From: an uncultured Oscillospiraceae bacterium
Lineage (GTDB): Bacteria > Bacillota > Clostridia > Christensenellales > CAG-314
Length of the DNA: 40,575 nucleotides
NCBI GenBank assembly: GCA_964521735.1
Contig: CAZFTO010000006.1
Span: 21,861-62,435 of the forward strand
Direction of reading: 5' to 3'
The position numbers were made by a program, and so were the translations under genes. Positions 16,892 through 26,425 of the stretch are shown here, one piece after another. The notes beneath the pieces were generated by a model, which saw only the letters and a program-made list of their open reading frames with translations, had not been told where the DNA came from and searched no databases. Numbering within the stretch: the stretch's first letter is position 1; each line of letters starts with the position of its first letter.

Positions 16892-18475
16892 CTAGGAATT
16901 TTTCTTTTCGTTTTGGATGCGAACGTAGTCACTAGGAGTGCAACCTTCCAACTTGCGGAACACTTGGCCGAAGTATTTCATATCCACGTATCCCACCATT
17001 TCGGCAATTTCATAAACCTTATACTTTTGTTCCAGCAGCAAACGTTTTGCCGTCATTATGCGATATTCCGTAAGACAGGTGTTGAACGTTTTGTTTAGTT
17101 CCTGCTTGAACAGGTGAATAAGGTAGCTTTCGGAAACGTAAAGTTCGTCGGCCACTTTGCGGATTTTAAGGTCGTTGTCGGCATAGTGGGAGGAAATGTA
17201 GGACAATGCGTCTTGAATGTGCTTTTTGTACATGCGTTTTTCTTCGCCACGTGCCACCGCAACGCTGTTGATGGAAACGTATAGTTTATTCACGGCAATG
17301 AATTTTGCTTGTCCAAATGCGGAGGTGATTTGTGCCAAACCTTGGAACGGCGTGCTTATGCCAATGGAAATAAGCACTTTGCATTGCCGTTCGTATTCGC
17401 GCAAAGCCTTTATAAGTGCTTTTTCCAGCGCGTCAACGTCTGTTACGTCGCACGCCAAAGCAAAACGAGTTTCCGCCTGAGAATAGATAACTTTTGCGCC
17501 TAGCAATGCGTGCATAACTTCCTTTTGAGCAACGGCCAAAGCGTTGCGAACGTTTTCGTCACGCTGGGCATCGGTGCCGGCGGAAGAAACGTCTGCCTTG
17601 CAATATACCACCGTGCCTTGATAGAACACCGGCAAGTCGTATAGTTCCATTTTCTGCACGATATCCTTTTCGTCGAAGTCACCACGGAAAAGATTATCCA
17701 CCAAGCGGTTTTTTATGACGGGAATGCCAACGTTGAAATCGGACATATACAAATTTGTTTTTCGTTTTTGTTCCAGCTTTTTTATTGCGCCCAGCACGGT
17801 GGAAACAAGTTCGTCGTTGTCGATGGGCTTCAAAATGTACTTATATACGCCCATTTCCAAAGTGCTTTTGGCATAGGAAAATTCGTTGTAGCCGGAAAGC
17901 ACCACGACAATTCCGTCGTAGTTGCGTTCGTTAAGCGTGCGCACAAGTTCCATTCCGTCCATAACCGGCATTTTTACGTCGCTTATAACAACGTCCGGTT
18001 GCAATTGTTCAATTTTTTGCAAACCATCCTTGCCGTTGACGGCAGTGCCCACTATTTGCACACCGTTGAAATCGGACATATACAAATTTGTTTTTCGTTT
18101 TTGTTCCAGCTTTTTTATTGCGCCCAGCACGGTGGAAACAAGTTCGTCGTTGTCGATGGGCTTCAAAATGTACTTATATACGCCCATTTCCAAAGTGCTT
18201 TTGGCATAGGAAAATTCGTTGTAGCCGGAAAGCACCACGACAATTCCGTCGTAGTTGCGTTCGTTAAGCGTGCGCACAAGTTCCATTCCGTCCATAACCG
18301 GCATTTTTACGTCGCTTATAACAACGTCCGGTTGCAATTGTTCAATTTTTTGCAAACCATCCTTGCCGTTGACGGCAGTGCCCACTATTTGCACACCATG
18401 CGATGCCCAATCGACAGTTTCGCAAATGCCGGTGCGCACCAAATATTCGTCGTCTACAACAACCATTTTGTACAT
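16892..18475 (-). CDS. YesN-like response regulator (REC plus AraC HTH) with an internal 111-aa duplication
   Basis: VVDDE, ISDVKMPVMDG, LSGY, LKP; C-terminal AraC motifs VSESYLIHLFK and GYVDMKYFGQVFRKLEGCTP. Confidence 0.93.
   Translation of the reverse strand: MYKMVVVDDEYLVRTGICETVDWASHGVQIVGTAVNGKDGLQKIEQLQPDVVISDVKMPVMDGMELVRTLNERNYDGIVVVLSGYNEFSYAKSTLEMGVYKYILKPIDNDELVSTVLGAIKKLEQKRKTNLYMSDFNGVQIVGTAVNGKDGLQKIEQLQPDVVISDVKMPVMDGMELVRTLNERNYDGIVVVLSGYNEFSYAKSTLEMGVYKYILKPIDNDELVSTVLGAIKKLEQKRKTNLYMSDFNVGIPVIKNRLVDNLFRGDFDEKDIVQKMELYDLPVFYQGTVVYCKADVSSAGTDAQRDENVRNALAVAQKEVMHALLGAKVIYSQAETRFALACDVTDVDALEKALIKALREYERQCKVLISIGISTPFQGLAQITSAFGQAKFIAVNKLYVSINSVAVARGEEKRMYKKHIQDALSYISSHYADNDLKIRKVADELYVSESYLIHLFKQELNKTFNTCLTEYRIMTAKRLLLEQKYKVYEIAEMVGYVDMKYFGQVFRKLEGCTPSDYVRIQNEKKNS
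17731..18397. repeat. Exact 333-bp in-frame tandem duplication
   Basis: 17731-18063 repeats at 18064-18396; protein segment GVQIVGTAVNGK...LYMSDFN appears twice. Confidence 0.95.
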
Positions 18476-18583
18476 AAAGCTACCATCCTGAAAGATATTT
18501 TTATTTTAGCACATTGCAAGCGGCAATTCAACGATAAAAATCAAAATTTGCTTGCGCTTGCAAAAAAAATTTGCCGTCAAGAC

Positions 18584-18612
18584 GAAACAGGCCACGGAAT
18601 CCGTGGCCTGCT
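18584..18612 (-). terminator. Hairpin after the surface-protein gene
   Basis: caggccacgg/ccgtggcctg perfect 10-bp stem. Confidence 0.6.
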
Positions 18613-18644
18613 GTTCTGACGAATATTGTCAGTTCAGAAGAAAA

Positions 18645-21617
18645 TTATTTTTGTTTTCTTTTTCTGATCAAAATCACTGCAACTACAGCGCCTGCTGCTA
18701 CTGCCACGCAAGCAACCACAATGCCAACGATTGCGCCGGTGGAAAGTCCTTCCGGTGCGGGTTCGGGTTCGGGTTCGGGTTCGGGATTAGGTACTGCGTT
18801 AACAGCAACTGCTTTTGCAAGTTCGCTAACGTTGCCGGCAGCATCGGTTGCAATAACTTTAACGTCGTAGGTTCCTGCTTCGGTAGCCGTGAACACGCCG
18901 TTTTCGTTAGCAATTTCCGCACCGTTCAAGGTAACTTTGTAGGAAATGGTAACTTCGCCGTAGTTATCTGTTGCTGTTGCGGAAACGGTGATTTGGTCGC
19001 CTGCCGTTGCCGTTTCGGGAACGGTAACTTCGCCAATGACGGGTTTAGCGTCGTCGTTGGTGGGAAGAACAACGATATCGCCAATTGCCGGAGCAAAGGA
19101 GATTTTGTCGATATAAAGCGTTCCGTCCGTTGCATTCCAGCCGCCAAGCCACAATCTGAAACCTTCGATTTCACGATTGATTCCGCTTGCATCAAGGTCG
19201 ATGATGAAATCTTGATATTCATTCGTCAATTCAAACGCTTTGCCGTTGATGGTTTTGAACGCGCCTTGATTGAAGAAGGTTGTGGTATCATCCAACCAAG
19301 TGATGCGGAAGGTGCCCATATCCAAGTCGCCCTTCATACGGATGATCATGTACTTATAGGAAGCGTCCTTGTTGTTTTCCGGTTTTGCGCCGCCAACGCA
19401 CACTGCCGTGTTTGCAGGAACGGAAATTTTCAAAGCGCCGTCTTCTGCTGCAACTTTGCTAGCGTCGGAGATATCCTGCCACCAGTAGCCGCTTTCGGTG
19501 CTGGGAACTGCATCGTAGTTATCGAAAATGATTTCTTTGGTGGTATCCAATTGTAGTTCTTGTTTATTGGCAAAATAGATTTCGTCAATATAAATTTCGC
19601 CGTCAGCTGCGTTCCAGCCGCCAAGCCACAATCTGAAACCTTCGATTTCGCGGTTGATTCCGCTTGCATCAAGGTCGATGATGAAATCTTGATATTCTTC
19701 CGTCAAAACGAAGGGTTTACCGGTGAGTGTTTTGAATTGGTCTTGGTTGAAGTACGTTTCGGCGCCGTCCAGCCAAATGATGCGGAAGGTATCCATGCCC
19801 AGGTTGCCCTTCATGCGGATAACCATGTGGCTAAGGTTGAAGTCTTTGTTGTTGTTGGGTTTTGCACCGCCAACGCACACTGCCGTGTTTGCAGGAACGG
19901 AAATTTTCAAAGCGCCGTCTTCTGCTGTAACTTTGCTAGCGTCGGAGATGTCCGCCCACCAGTAGCCGCTTTCGGTACTGGGAACTGCATCGAAAGTATC
20001 GAAAGATTGTTTGGTTTCGAGGTTGAGTTTGGGAAGAACGCGATCGCAATAGAAGATTTCGTCAATCAACATTTTGCCTTCGCCGCCAATGTACATATCG
20101 ACACCATTGATTTGCGTTGTTCCAAAGGTCTTTTCGGTGTTGATTACCAAATATTGATATCCGTTGTCGCCAACGTAGGGGTTGATTTCCGATTGAGAGG
20201 AAAGAGCTGTTCCAACAACAAGGTTGTCGATCCAAATAATATCGGTAGCTACGTCAGGATCGCTCTTAACTGCTGCAAGACGGAAGGTTGCAAGATCTTC
20301 GCGGCCTTCGAGTTTGTATTTGATAACCAAATATTCTTTGCCTTCACTACCCGTCTTGGAACGGATTTTGAGGTTTACGTAGTCGCCTGCGCTTGCATCC
20401 AAAACGGCGTGGCCGTTAGTGATGGGAGCATCAAGCGCGCCGTAAGCGATGATGTAGTCGCAATTGAAAGGAGCAACTGCTTCAACGCCTGCTGCACTCC
20501 ATGCGTGTTCGGGAGTGTATTCGAAATTGAATTGAGACAAATATGTGATTGTTTCGGGATCCAAAGTGGGGAAACGTGTGTCGGGAACGACGGTTTCCAA
20601 ATTGGTGAAGAAAGCGTTGCAAACGTTTACCGAGCCGCCGCTAACTGCAATTTTTACGCCTTGAATATTCTTTGCGCCCAAGCTTTCCAAACTGATAACT
20701 GCGTTGCGATAGGTTCCGTCCAAAGCGGCAACTGCTGTGCCTTCAAGGTCGGTTAGGTCGCTCCAGTTTTTAGCTGTGCCTGCTACGCCGTCCACAATGG
20801 GAGCAACGGTAACACTGCCGCTACCTGCAATGCGCAATACGATTGCAGAATAGGTTTCGTCGGTGTTGTTAGAAGTTGCAACTGCGCTAGAAATTTCTGT
20901 AGATTCGGAAATTTCGTAGTGAGCGGGAACATCCACATAGGTGCCTTCGTCGCTGCCCGACCAATAGCCGGGGGTCACGTTTGCGAAGTTGGACAAAACG
21001 GTTTCCGTTTCGCCTTCCAAAATGGAAATTGTGCGGATATCCAACTTGCCGGCAACGGTATCGCTAGAGGTGGTAAGGTGGAATCCTGCCCAAGCGCCTT
21101 CAAGTGCCGAGTTCCAGTTTTCGCCGCCAACCTTAACTTCCGATTGAGTGAAGTCGATGGTGATAATCGTCCAATTTGCGCCGATGTCGGTGCCTTCGCT
21201 AAGCGTCACGTCAAGGTCTTCGCTGTTGAGTGCATAGCTTGCCAAGTTGAGAGGGTCGGAAAGGTGAATGTTGAGCATCAAATCTGCCAACTTGATGCTT
21301 TCGTCCACGCTGCGAACTTCCAATTTCAAAGCGGTTGCTTGTCCGTCTTGAATTTTGCCGTCTGCCATTTTGTAAATGGGGTGGTCGCCTGCAACAGCAC
21401 ATTGTCCTGCCGTCCAACTAAGAGAGCGATAGGCCGCAACTGCGCCCGTTGTTCCGTTAGATACGGAAGCCAGCTCCCTGTCGAAATTAGCGTTGAATTC
21501 TCTTGTTTGCGGTTCGCCTTCTGCAAAGGCAAAGTTCAAACAAACAGCTGCCGTCAACGCCACAACCAACACGACGGTTAGTAACAATTTTGTTACGCCG
21601 AGTTTTGTTTTTAACAT
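18645..21617 (-). CDS. Large membrane-anchored surface protein with tandem CBM-like beta-sandwich modules and an Ig-like domain
   Basis: signal peptide MLKTK...AFA; recurring G-x-x-x-I-D-x-I-x-F-like module ends; 159-aa internal repeat; PE linker; C-terminal TM plus RKRKQK; AAGGAG SD before ATG 21617. Confidence 0.75.
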   Translation of the reverse strand: MLKTKLGVTKLLLTVVLVVALTAAVCLNFAFAEGEPQTREFNANFDRELASVSNGTTGAVAAYRSLSWTAGQCAVAGDHPIYKMADGKIQDGQATALKLEVRSVDESIKLADLMLNIHLSDPLNLASYALNSEDLDVTLSEGTDIGANWTIITIDFTQSEVKVGGENWNSALEGAWAGFHLTTSSDTVAGKLDIRTISILEGETETVLSNFANVTPGYWSGSDEGTYVDVPAHYEISESTEISSAVATSNNTDETYSAIVLRIAGSGSVTVAPIVDGVAGTAKNWSDLTDLEGTAVAALDGTYRNAVISLESLGAKNIQGVKIAVSGGSVNVCNAFFTNLETVVPDTRFPTLDPETITYLSQFNFEYTPEHAWSAAGVEAVAPFNCDYIIAYGALDAPITNGHAVLDASAGDYVNLKIRSKTGSEGKEYLVIKYKLEGREDLATFRLAAVKSDPDVATDIIWIDNLVVGTALSSQSEINPYVGDNGYQYLVINTEKTFGTTQINGVDMYIGGEGKMLIDEIFYCDRVLPKLNLETKQSFDTFDAVPSTESGYWWADISDASKVTAEDGALKISVPANTAVCVGGAKPNNNKDFNLSHMVIRMKGNLGMDTFRIIWLDGAETYFNQDQFKTLTGKPFVLTEEYQDFIIDLDASGINREIEGFRLWLGGWNAADGEIYIDEIYFANKQELQLDTTKEIIFDNYDAVPSTESGYWWQDISDASKVAAEDGALKISVPANTAVCVGGAKPENNKDASYKYMIIRMKGDLDMGTFRITWLDDTTTFFNQGAFKTINGKAFELTNEYQDFIIDLDASGINREIEGFRLWLGGWNATDGTLYIDKISFAPAIGDIVVLPTNDDAKPVIGEVTVPETATAGDQITVSATATDNYGEVTISYKVTLNGAEIANENGVFTATEAGTYDVKVIATDAAGNVSELAKAVAVNAVPNPEPEPEPEPAPEGLSTGAIVGIVVACVAVAAGAVVAVILIRKRKQK
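19093..20003 (-). repeat. Intragenic 477-bp (159-aa) domain duplication
   Basis: 19093-19526 vs 19570-20003; both encode AVPSTESGYWW...GFRLWLGGWNA. Confidence 0.9.
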
Positions 21618-21639
21618 GTCGTTTTCTCCTTTATTTTTT

Positions 21640-24192
21640 TTATTCCCCGTAAACATACAGTTCGGAAATTTGTGCTCCGTAACCTGTACTGTTCGAGGTG
21701 AAAACCAATTTGATATAGCGCATTTCCACGGAGGAATCCAACACTAGCGCTATCATGTTGCCAGCAGACGAATCGAACAAATATTCCGTCTTGGCAACAA
21801 CCGTGAAGTATGTTTTTCCGTCCAAACTTCCCAAAATTTCAATTTCTTGCGTGCGGTTTTCCCACAAAAGCAACGGCGGCAAGTGAACGTTGATATATTT
21901 AACTTTTTCGGGGTTTTCCATGTCTATTTCTACGTAGGCAGGGAACACGCCTTTGGCCGATTCGAAATAGGTAAGCGGATTGCCGTCCACCATTTTTTCG
22001 ATGTTATACACGTCTTCTTGCACCGAAGCGCTTGCCGCTTTGCCAGTGGTTAGGCTGGGTGGATAGAATTGAATTTCTCCCAACGAAATGGTTTTGGGAT
22101 GGGTGATATCGTCACGCATGAATATGCGAATTTGAATACCCGTAAATGACGTGCGCGAAAGCAAAAAGTCGGTGTAGTTGCTTGTTTGCGGACTTAGCGA
22201 AAGTTCCGTTTCCACTTGGAAACGCTTCCAAGTGCCGTCATCGGCTTTGTAGAACATGGCAACGCGCAAATAGCGCATCACGTTGGAATTTTCACTTCCC
22301 AAGAAACGAATGTTACCTATGCGAGTGGGTTGTGCAAATTCGAAACTAAGTGCCAAAAATTCTTGATCGGCACCCGTCCAACCGCCGAAAGTCCACGAAG
22401 TGGAACGATCGCCATCGATAAGGCGAGAAACTTCGTTTCCCGTTGTATCTGCCACGATGGATTTGTTCCACGGCGCCGATGCACGGTCGCCTGCGCCCAA
22501 AGTTGCACTAAGCGTAACGTCGGAAGTATCTATAAGCTTGCCGGCATAGGTGGGTTCGTTGTTTTGCATTGCAAAAGAGGGAACTTCCAATCCTTCCTGA
22601 TGGATGGATTCTGCTTGTTTTATTTGAGGAGTTTCCGAAGCAAGTTCCAACTTGTAGGGCAATTTTGACGTAGCGCCTGTAACTTGATTTTTGCTGCCGG
22701 AATACTTAATGTTGCTGGTATAAACACCGGGTGTCAACTTGAGTTCTTCTAGTGAATTTATTTTTTGTCCTTCAATTTCGAAATCGGAAATGCTAACCCC
22801 GTTGACGTTGCTGGAATTGCCTTCGCCAAAAATTCTGCACACGATGGTGTCGGCCATTTGCAAAATCTTGACGTTTTTGAAGGTTACGTCGGAAACGGTA
22901 CCTCTTTCGCCTTTGGATTGTGTCCATTCGGTGTTGTAGGCGATGGTGATATCTATCAGCAGGTCGTTTTCCGTATCCAACTGGTTGTCGCCGCGCATTT
23001 GCGCATCTTCAATGGTTATATCTTGATAGGTTACGCGAGAAATTGCTGCGTTATCGGCGTTGTGAATACTCATTGCCGCTTTGTGGAAGTTGTGCAACAC
23101 TGTGATATTTTTAAAGGTTATATCCGTCATGGTTGCGCCGTAGGTTTCGTAGCCCACTTCCATGCTTTGCGCAAGGTCCGTCCACACGTAGACGCCGTCG
23201 AAAGTTATGTTGCTTGTGCTTTTGTTATCGGTGTTTTTAACAACCAAACTGTCGTCCCACGAGCGAACAAAACCGCCGGTAACGGTAACGTTTTGGCAGG
23301 ACTGAACGGAAATGCCGTCGCCGTTTGCGCGCGCCGTGATGATTTTTAGGTTATCCACCGTCACGTCATTGCAACAATACAGCGTAACTGCCCAACCGGC
23401 AGGATCCAAAATGGCAATATCCTTAATTGTAACGTTGGAACAATTTTGCAATTCGATGGGCAAAGTGAATTCGCTTGCGCTGTTGCGGTTGAACAGTGCG
23501 CCCGTCAAAATGCCGCGTCCGCGAATGGTAAGGTTGCTAACGTTTGCCGTGCGAATTTGTCCGTAGACAACTGCGCCGCCTGCAAGATACACCGTGGTGT
23601 TGTCTTCAAACACAGGCAAAGAGTTTGCCATCCACACGCCAGGGCCAACGTAGACGGTTTTTTCTGGAAGGTTTTCGGGATCGATTTCATCTTCCTCGAT
23701 GGGGTTAGCAAAAACGTGCAACGCATTTTTGGAAGCGCGTTCATCTGCCGAAAGTCCATATTCCACAACGTAGTTGTCGCAATAATCCAGCGTGAAAGAA
23801 ATTTTGTTACCACTGACAGTGGGTTGAACGTTGCGAGCCAACGGGCGAACGACAACGTTGTGCAGGGAAGTTGCATCGTTTATGGTAACTTCCACGTTAA
23901 CGCGGCCTTCGAAATCGAAAATAACAACCTGGTTATAGTCGTTGCTGGCCAAAAACGTGAAACGTCTTTCGTGATTCACGCGCGTGTCGTATACGAAAAC
24001 GTCCCTATCTTCCACCTTGACGGAAGCAACCGAAGATGATTGCATAATTTCCGGTCCGTCATAGAGCACCACTTGTGTTTGAGTGATGGTTTTGGATGGC
24101 GCGTCGGGGCCGGGTTCGATGGGGTCGTCGCAAGCGGCGAACACCAACGTTAGCGCCAAAAGTAGTAGCAAAAGTATCGAAATCTTTTTCAT
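21640..24192 (-). CDS. Lipoprotein right-handed beta-helix glycoside hydrolase (GH28/GH49/GH87-like fold) with two C-terminal F5/8 type C (CBM32-like) domains
   Basis: lipobox VFAAC; VYLAGGAVVYG, DPAGW, NGDGISVQSC, WDDSLVVK, WTDLAQSMEVGYE; C-terminal LIDGDRSTSW, MVDGNPLTYF, SLDGKTY, ISELYVY. Confidence 0.75.
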   Translation of the reverse strand: MKKISILLLLLLALTLVFAACDDPIEPGPDAPSKTITQTQVVLYDGPEIMQSSSVASVKVEDRDVFVYDTRVNHERRFTFLASNDYNQVVIFDFEGRVNVEVTINDATSLHNVVVRPLARNVQPTVSGNKISFTLDYCDNYVVEYGLSADERASKNALHVFANPIEEDEIDPENLPEKTVYVGPGVWMANSLPVFEDNTTVYLAGGAVVYGQIRTANVSNLTIRGRGILTGALFNRNSASEFTLPIELQNCSNVTIKDIAILDPAGWAVTLYCCNDVTVDNLKIITARANGDGISVQSCQNVTVTGGFVRSWDDSLVVKNTDNKSTSNITFDGVYVWTDLAQSMEVGYETYGATMTDITFKNITVLHNFHKAAMSIHNADNAAISRVTYQDITIEDAQMRGDNQLDTENDLLIDITIAYNTEWTQSKGERGTVSDVTFKNVKILQMADTIVCRIFGEGNSSNVNGVSISDFEIEGQKINSLEELKLTPGVYTSNIKYSGSKNQVTGATSKLPYKLELASETPQIKQAESIHQEGLEVPSFAMQNNEPTYAGKLIDTSDVTLSATLGAGDRASAPWNKSIVADTTGNEVSRLIDGDRSTSWTFGGWTGADQEFLALSFEFAQPTRIGNIRFLGSENSNVMRYLRVAMFYKADDGTWKRFQVETELSLSPQTSNYTDFLLSRTSFTGIQIRIFMRDDITHPKTISLGEIQFYPPSLTTGKAASASVQEDVYNIEKMVDGNPLTYFESAKGVFPAYVEIDMENPEKVKYINVHLPPLLLWENRTQEIEILGSLDGKTYFTVVAKTEYLFDSSAGNMIALVLDSSVEMRYIKLVFTSNSTGYGAQISELYVYGE

Positions 24193-24279
24193 TTTGTTTC
24201 TCCGTTTATTGCGAGAAAAGTTTTGAAAACGCCTTTTGCCCCTAAGGGGCATAGTGCGCCAAACTATTCTACGCATAAA

Positions 24280-24342
24280 ATTATAAAGTTTTTTTTGCGA
24301 TTTATAAAGACAACATATCTGCAAAATGGTTTGTTATACTGC
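24280..24342 (-). promoter_or_regulatory. Promoter with putative activator site
   Basis: minus-strand TATAAT at 24285-24280; ATCTGCAAAATGGT-N5-ATACTGC at 24317-24342, same offset as at the ABC promoter. Confidence 0.7.
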
Positions 24343-24395
24343 TGTTTTGGCGCCGTTTTGCACCAAAAAACAGGCATTTGCGGTCATCCACGCAC

Positions 24396-24431
24396 AAAAA
24401 GCAAAACCCTCGCACGAACATGCGAGAGTTT
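24396..24431 (-). terminator. Rho-independent terminator
   Basis: aaaccctcgca/tgcgagagttt stem with U-rich tail on the minus strand. Confidence 0.6.
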
Positions 24432-24438
24432 GAACGTT

Positions 24439-26040
24439 TTATTTTAGTGTTACTGTGGCGTTATCCGAATACTGCGCAAGCGTTTGTTCCGTTTGAGAAA
24501 AAACAAAAGGAACGGTGACGGCACTATCGCCGTTGACAATGTTGAACTGCGCGTATTGGTTGCTTGCCACGGAGGATTTTTGCAAACGCTTGCCGTTTAT
24601 CCATACGTTTTGGAAAACGACGTCGGTAACACGGTGGGTTGATTGGCCATAGCCACTGCGACTATCCACACTGCCTGCCACACGAAGATTTATCACAACG
24701 TTGCCGCCCAAAACGGTTAGGTTTTTAACCGTTACGCCTTGCACGCTGCCCAACGCCGTAACCTTGTGCTGCGACGACCACGTAGAATTGAACGCCACCG
24801 AAAATTCGCAAAGTTGCGAATTGCTGCCGGCATCGCCACGCCCCATGGAAGCATCCTCCACCGTGATGTTTTCGTAGGTGACGTTTTGCACGTTGGCGTT
24901 GTTGCCGTTGTGAATACTAACAACCGGTTTGTGGAAATTGTGCAACACCGTTATGTTTTTGAATGTTACGTCGCAAAGTTGCTCGCCAACCGTTTCGTAG
25001 CCTATTTCCATGCTTTGCGCAAGGTCCGTCCACAAAAAGCAGTTGCTAAACGTGATGTTTTGCGTTGCACCTTCTTCGTTGCGGTTAGACCACTTTGGAT
25101 AGTTTTTGACAACCAAGCTGTCGTCCCATGTGCGCAAAAAGCAATTTTGCACCTCTATGTTTTTGCACGACTGCAACGAAATGCCGTCTCCGTTGGAACG
25201 TGAGGTTATTATTTTTATTCCGTCAATTTGGCTGTTGGTGCAAAAATACCAGTTGACGCACCAGCCGGCGGGATCTAGCACGGAAAAATCTTTGAAGGTG
25301 ACGTTGGAACAGTAGTTGAAATCTAGCGGCACCGTCACTTTGCCCGTTGTGGGGTTGCGCTCGAAAGCGGAACCGTCGATTATGCCCTTGCCACAAATTG
25401 TGACGTTGTGCTGGTTGTTAGAAACAAATCTTGCACGCACAACGGCGCCCTCTTCCAAAATGACGGTTGTATCCGACTGCAAAACCACCGTGTTGCCCAC
25501 AATTAGCGGATTGTTTTGCGACGTGTGCAATCCGGCAGGGAAAACAAGCAAATTTTTGCTTTGCGGCTGTTCTTGCAAATCTTGAATATCCGAAACGAAC
25601 AGGAAAAACGCTTGTTTTGCATCGCCGTTGGGTTCGACGGAATAGGTGCCGGCGCTTTTTATGGCAAAGGTAGCAATGCCGTCTTCGACGATGGCATTAA
25701 CGCCGCTAGAAAGTGGGCGTACAACGCAGGACGTCATGTTGTCCACCGCCACGGAAACTTGCGTTTTGCCTTTAAGAGAAAAATAGCCAACGCCACTGTT
25801 GCTTCGATTTTGGGGAACGGCCGACCAAGAATGTTCGTTGTTCACCTTCACTTGATATAGCGGCAAAGGGGTTTTTTCCACCTTGACGGTGGCTCCGTGA
25901 TAAAGCTCCACGCCCTGGGGTGGCGTTACGATTTGCACCTGACTTTGCAACAATTCGGGGTCGGGCGTTTGCTGCGGATTGCAACCGCAAAAAGCCAACA
26001 ACGTTAGCATTATTAGCATCACTAGCAAAATTTTCTTCAC
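24439..26040 (-). CDS. Lipoprotein beta-helix glycoside hydrolase, paralogue of 21640-24192 without the CBM32-like tail
   Basis: lipobox AFCGC; DPAGW, NGDGISLQSC, WDDSLVVK, WTDLAQSMEIGYE, HNFHK; AAGGAG SD and GTG start. Confidence 0.75.
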   Translation of the reverse strand: MKKILLVMLIMLTLLAFCGCNPQQTPDPELLQSQVQIVTPPQGVELYHGATVKVEKTPLPLYQVKVNNEHSWSAVPQNRSNSGVGYFSLKGKTQVSVAVDNMTSCVVRPLSSGVNAIVEDGIATFAIKSAGTYSVEPNGDAKQAFFLFVSDIQDLQEQPQSKNLLVFPAGLHTSQNNPLIVGNTVVLQSDTTVILEEGAVVRARFVSNNQHNVTICGKGIIDGSAFERNPTTGKVTVPLDFNYCSNVTFKDFSVLDPAGWCVNWYFCTNSQIDGIKIITSRSNGDGISLQSCKNIEVQNCFLRTWDDSLVVKNYPKWSNRNEEGATQNITFSNCFLWTDLAQSMEIGYETVGEQLCDVTFKNITVLHNFHKPVVSIHNGNNANVQNVTYENITVEDASMGRGDAGSNSQLCEFSVAFNSTWSSQHKVTALGSVQGVTVKNLTVLGGNVVINLRVAGSVDSRSGYGQSTHRVTDVVFQNVWINGKRLQKSSVASNQYAQFNIVNGDSAVTVPFVFSQTEQTLAQYSDNATVTLK

Positions 26041-26361
26041 GGTAGACTCCTTGTTTTTTTATTTTGAGCAACTAAGCGTTGCTTTTGCAGGTTTGTTTTT
26101 GTTGATCACTTTCGACAGATACGGCGCTGGCAACAAGTTTGTTTTGCAAAATTGCATGTTGGTTTTTGCCGCGAAAGCGTTGACGGTTTGGTTGAATTTT
26201 TTTGCTAACTGTTGCAATTTTTTGCAAGCCGTTGTTTCAAAAACCACGCAAAGTTTGCCTTTCGTGCACTTAAAACACAAAATTGGCGTGTTGAAATGCA
26301 TTTTTTCGTTTTAGGTGCGTGCAAAGGTGCTTTTTGTTGCAAAATAAACACGTCTCTTTTT

Positions 26362-26425
26362 ATTATAGATTATCCCAAAAATCAATGCAAGTGTGTTTTG
26401 CTGCACAAACCATTGTTTTTTTGCA
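26362..26425 (-). promoter_or_regulatory. Promoter with degenerate third copy of the activator site
   Basis: minus-strand TTGCAT, 17 bp, TATAAT (26390-26362); CTGCA at 26401 and TTGCA at 26421 in the same register as the other two promoters. Confidence 0.5.
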
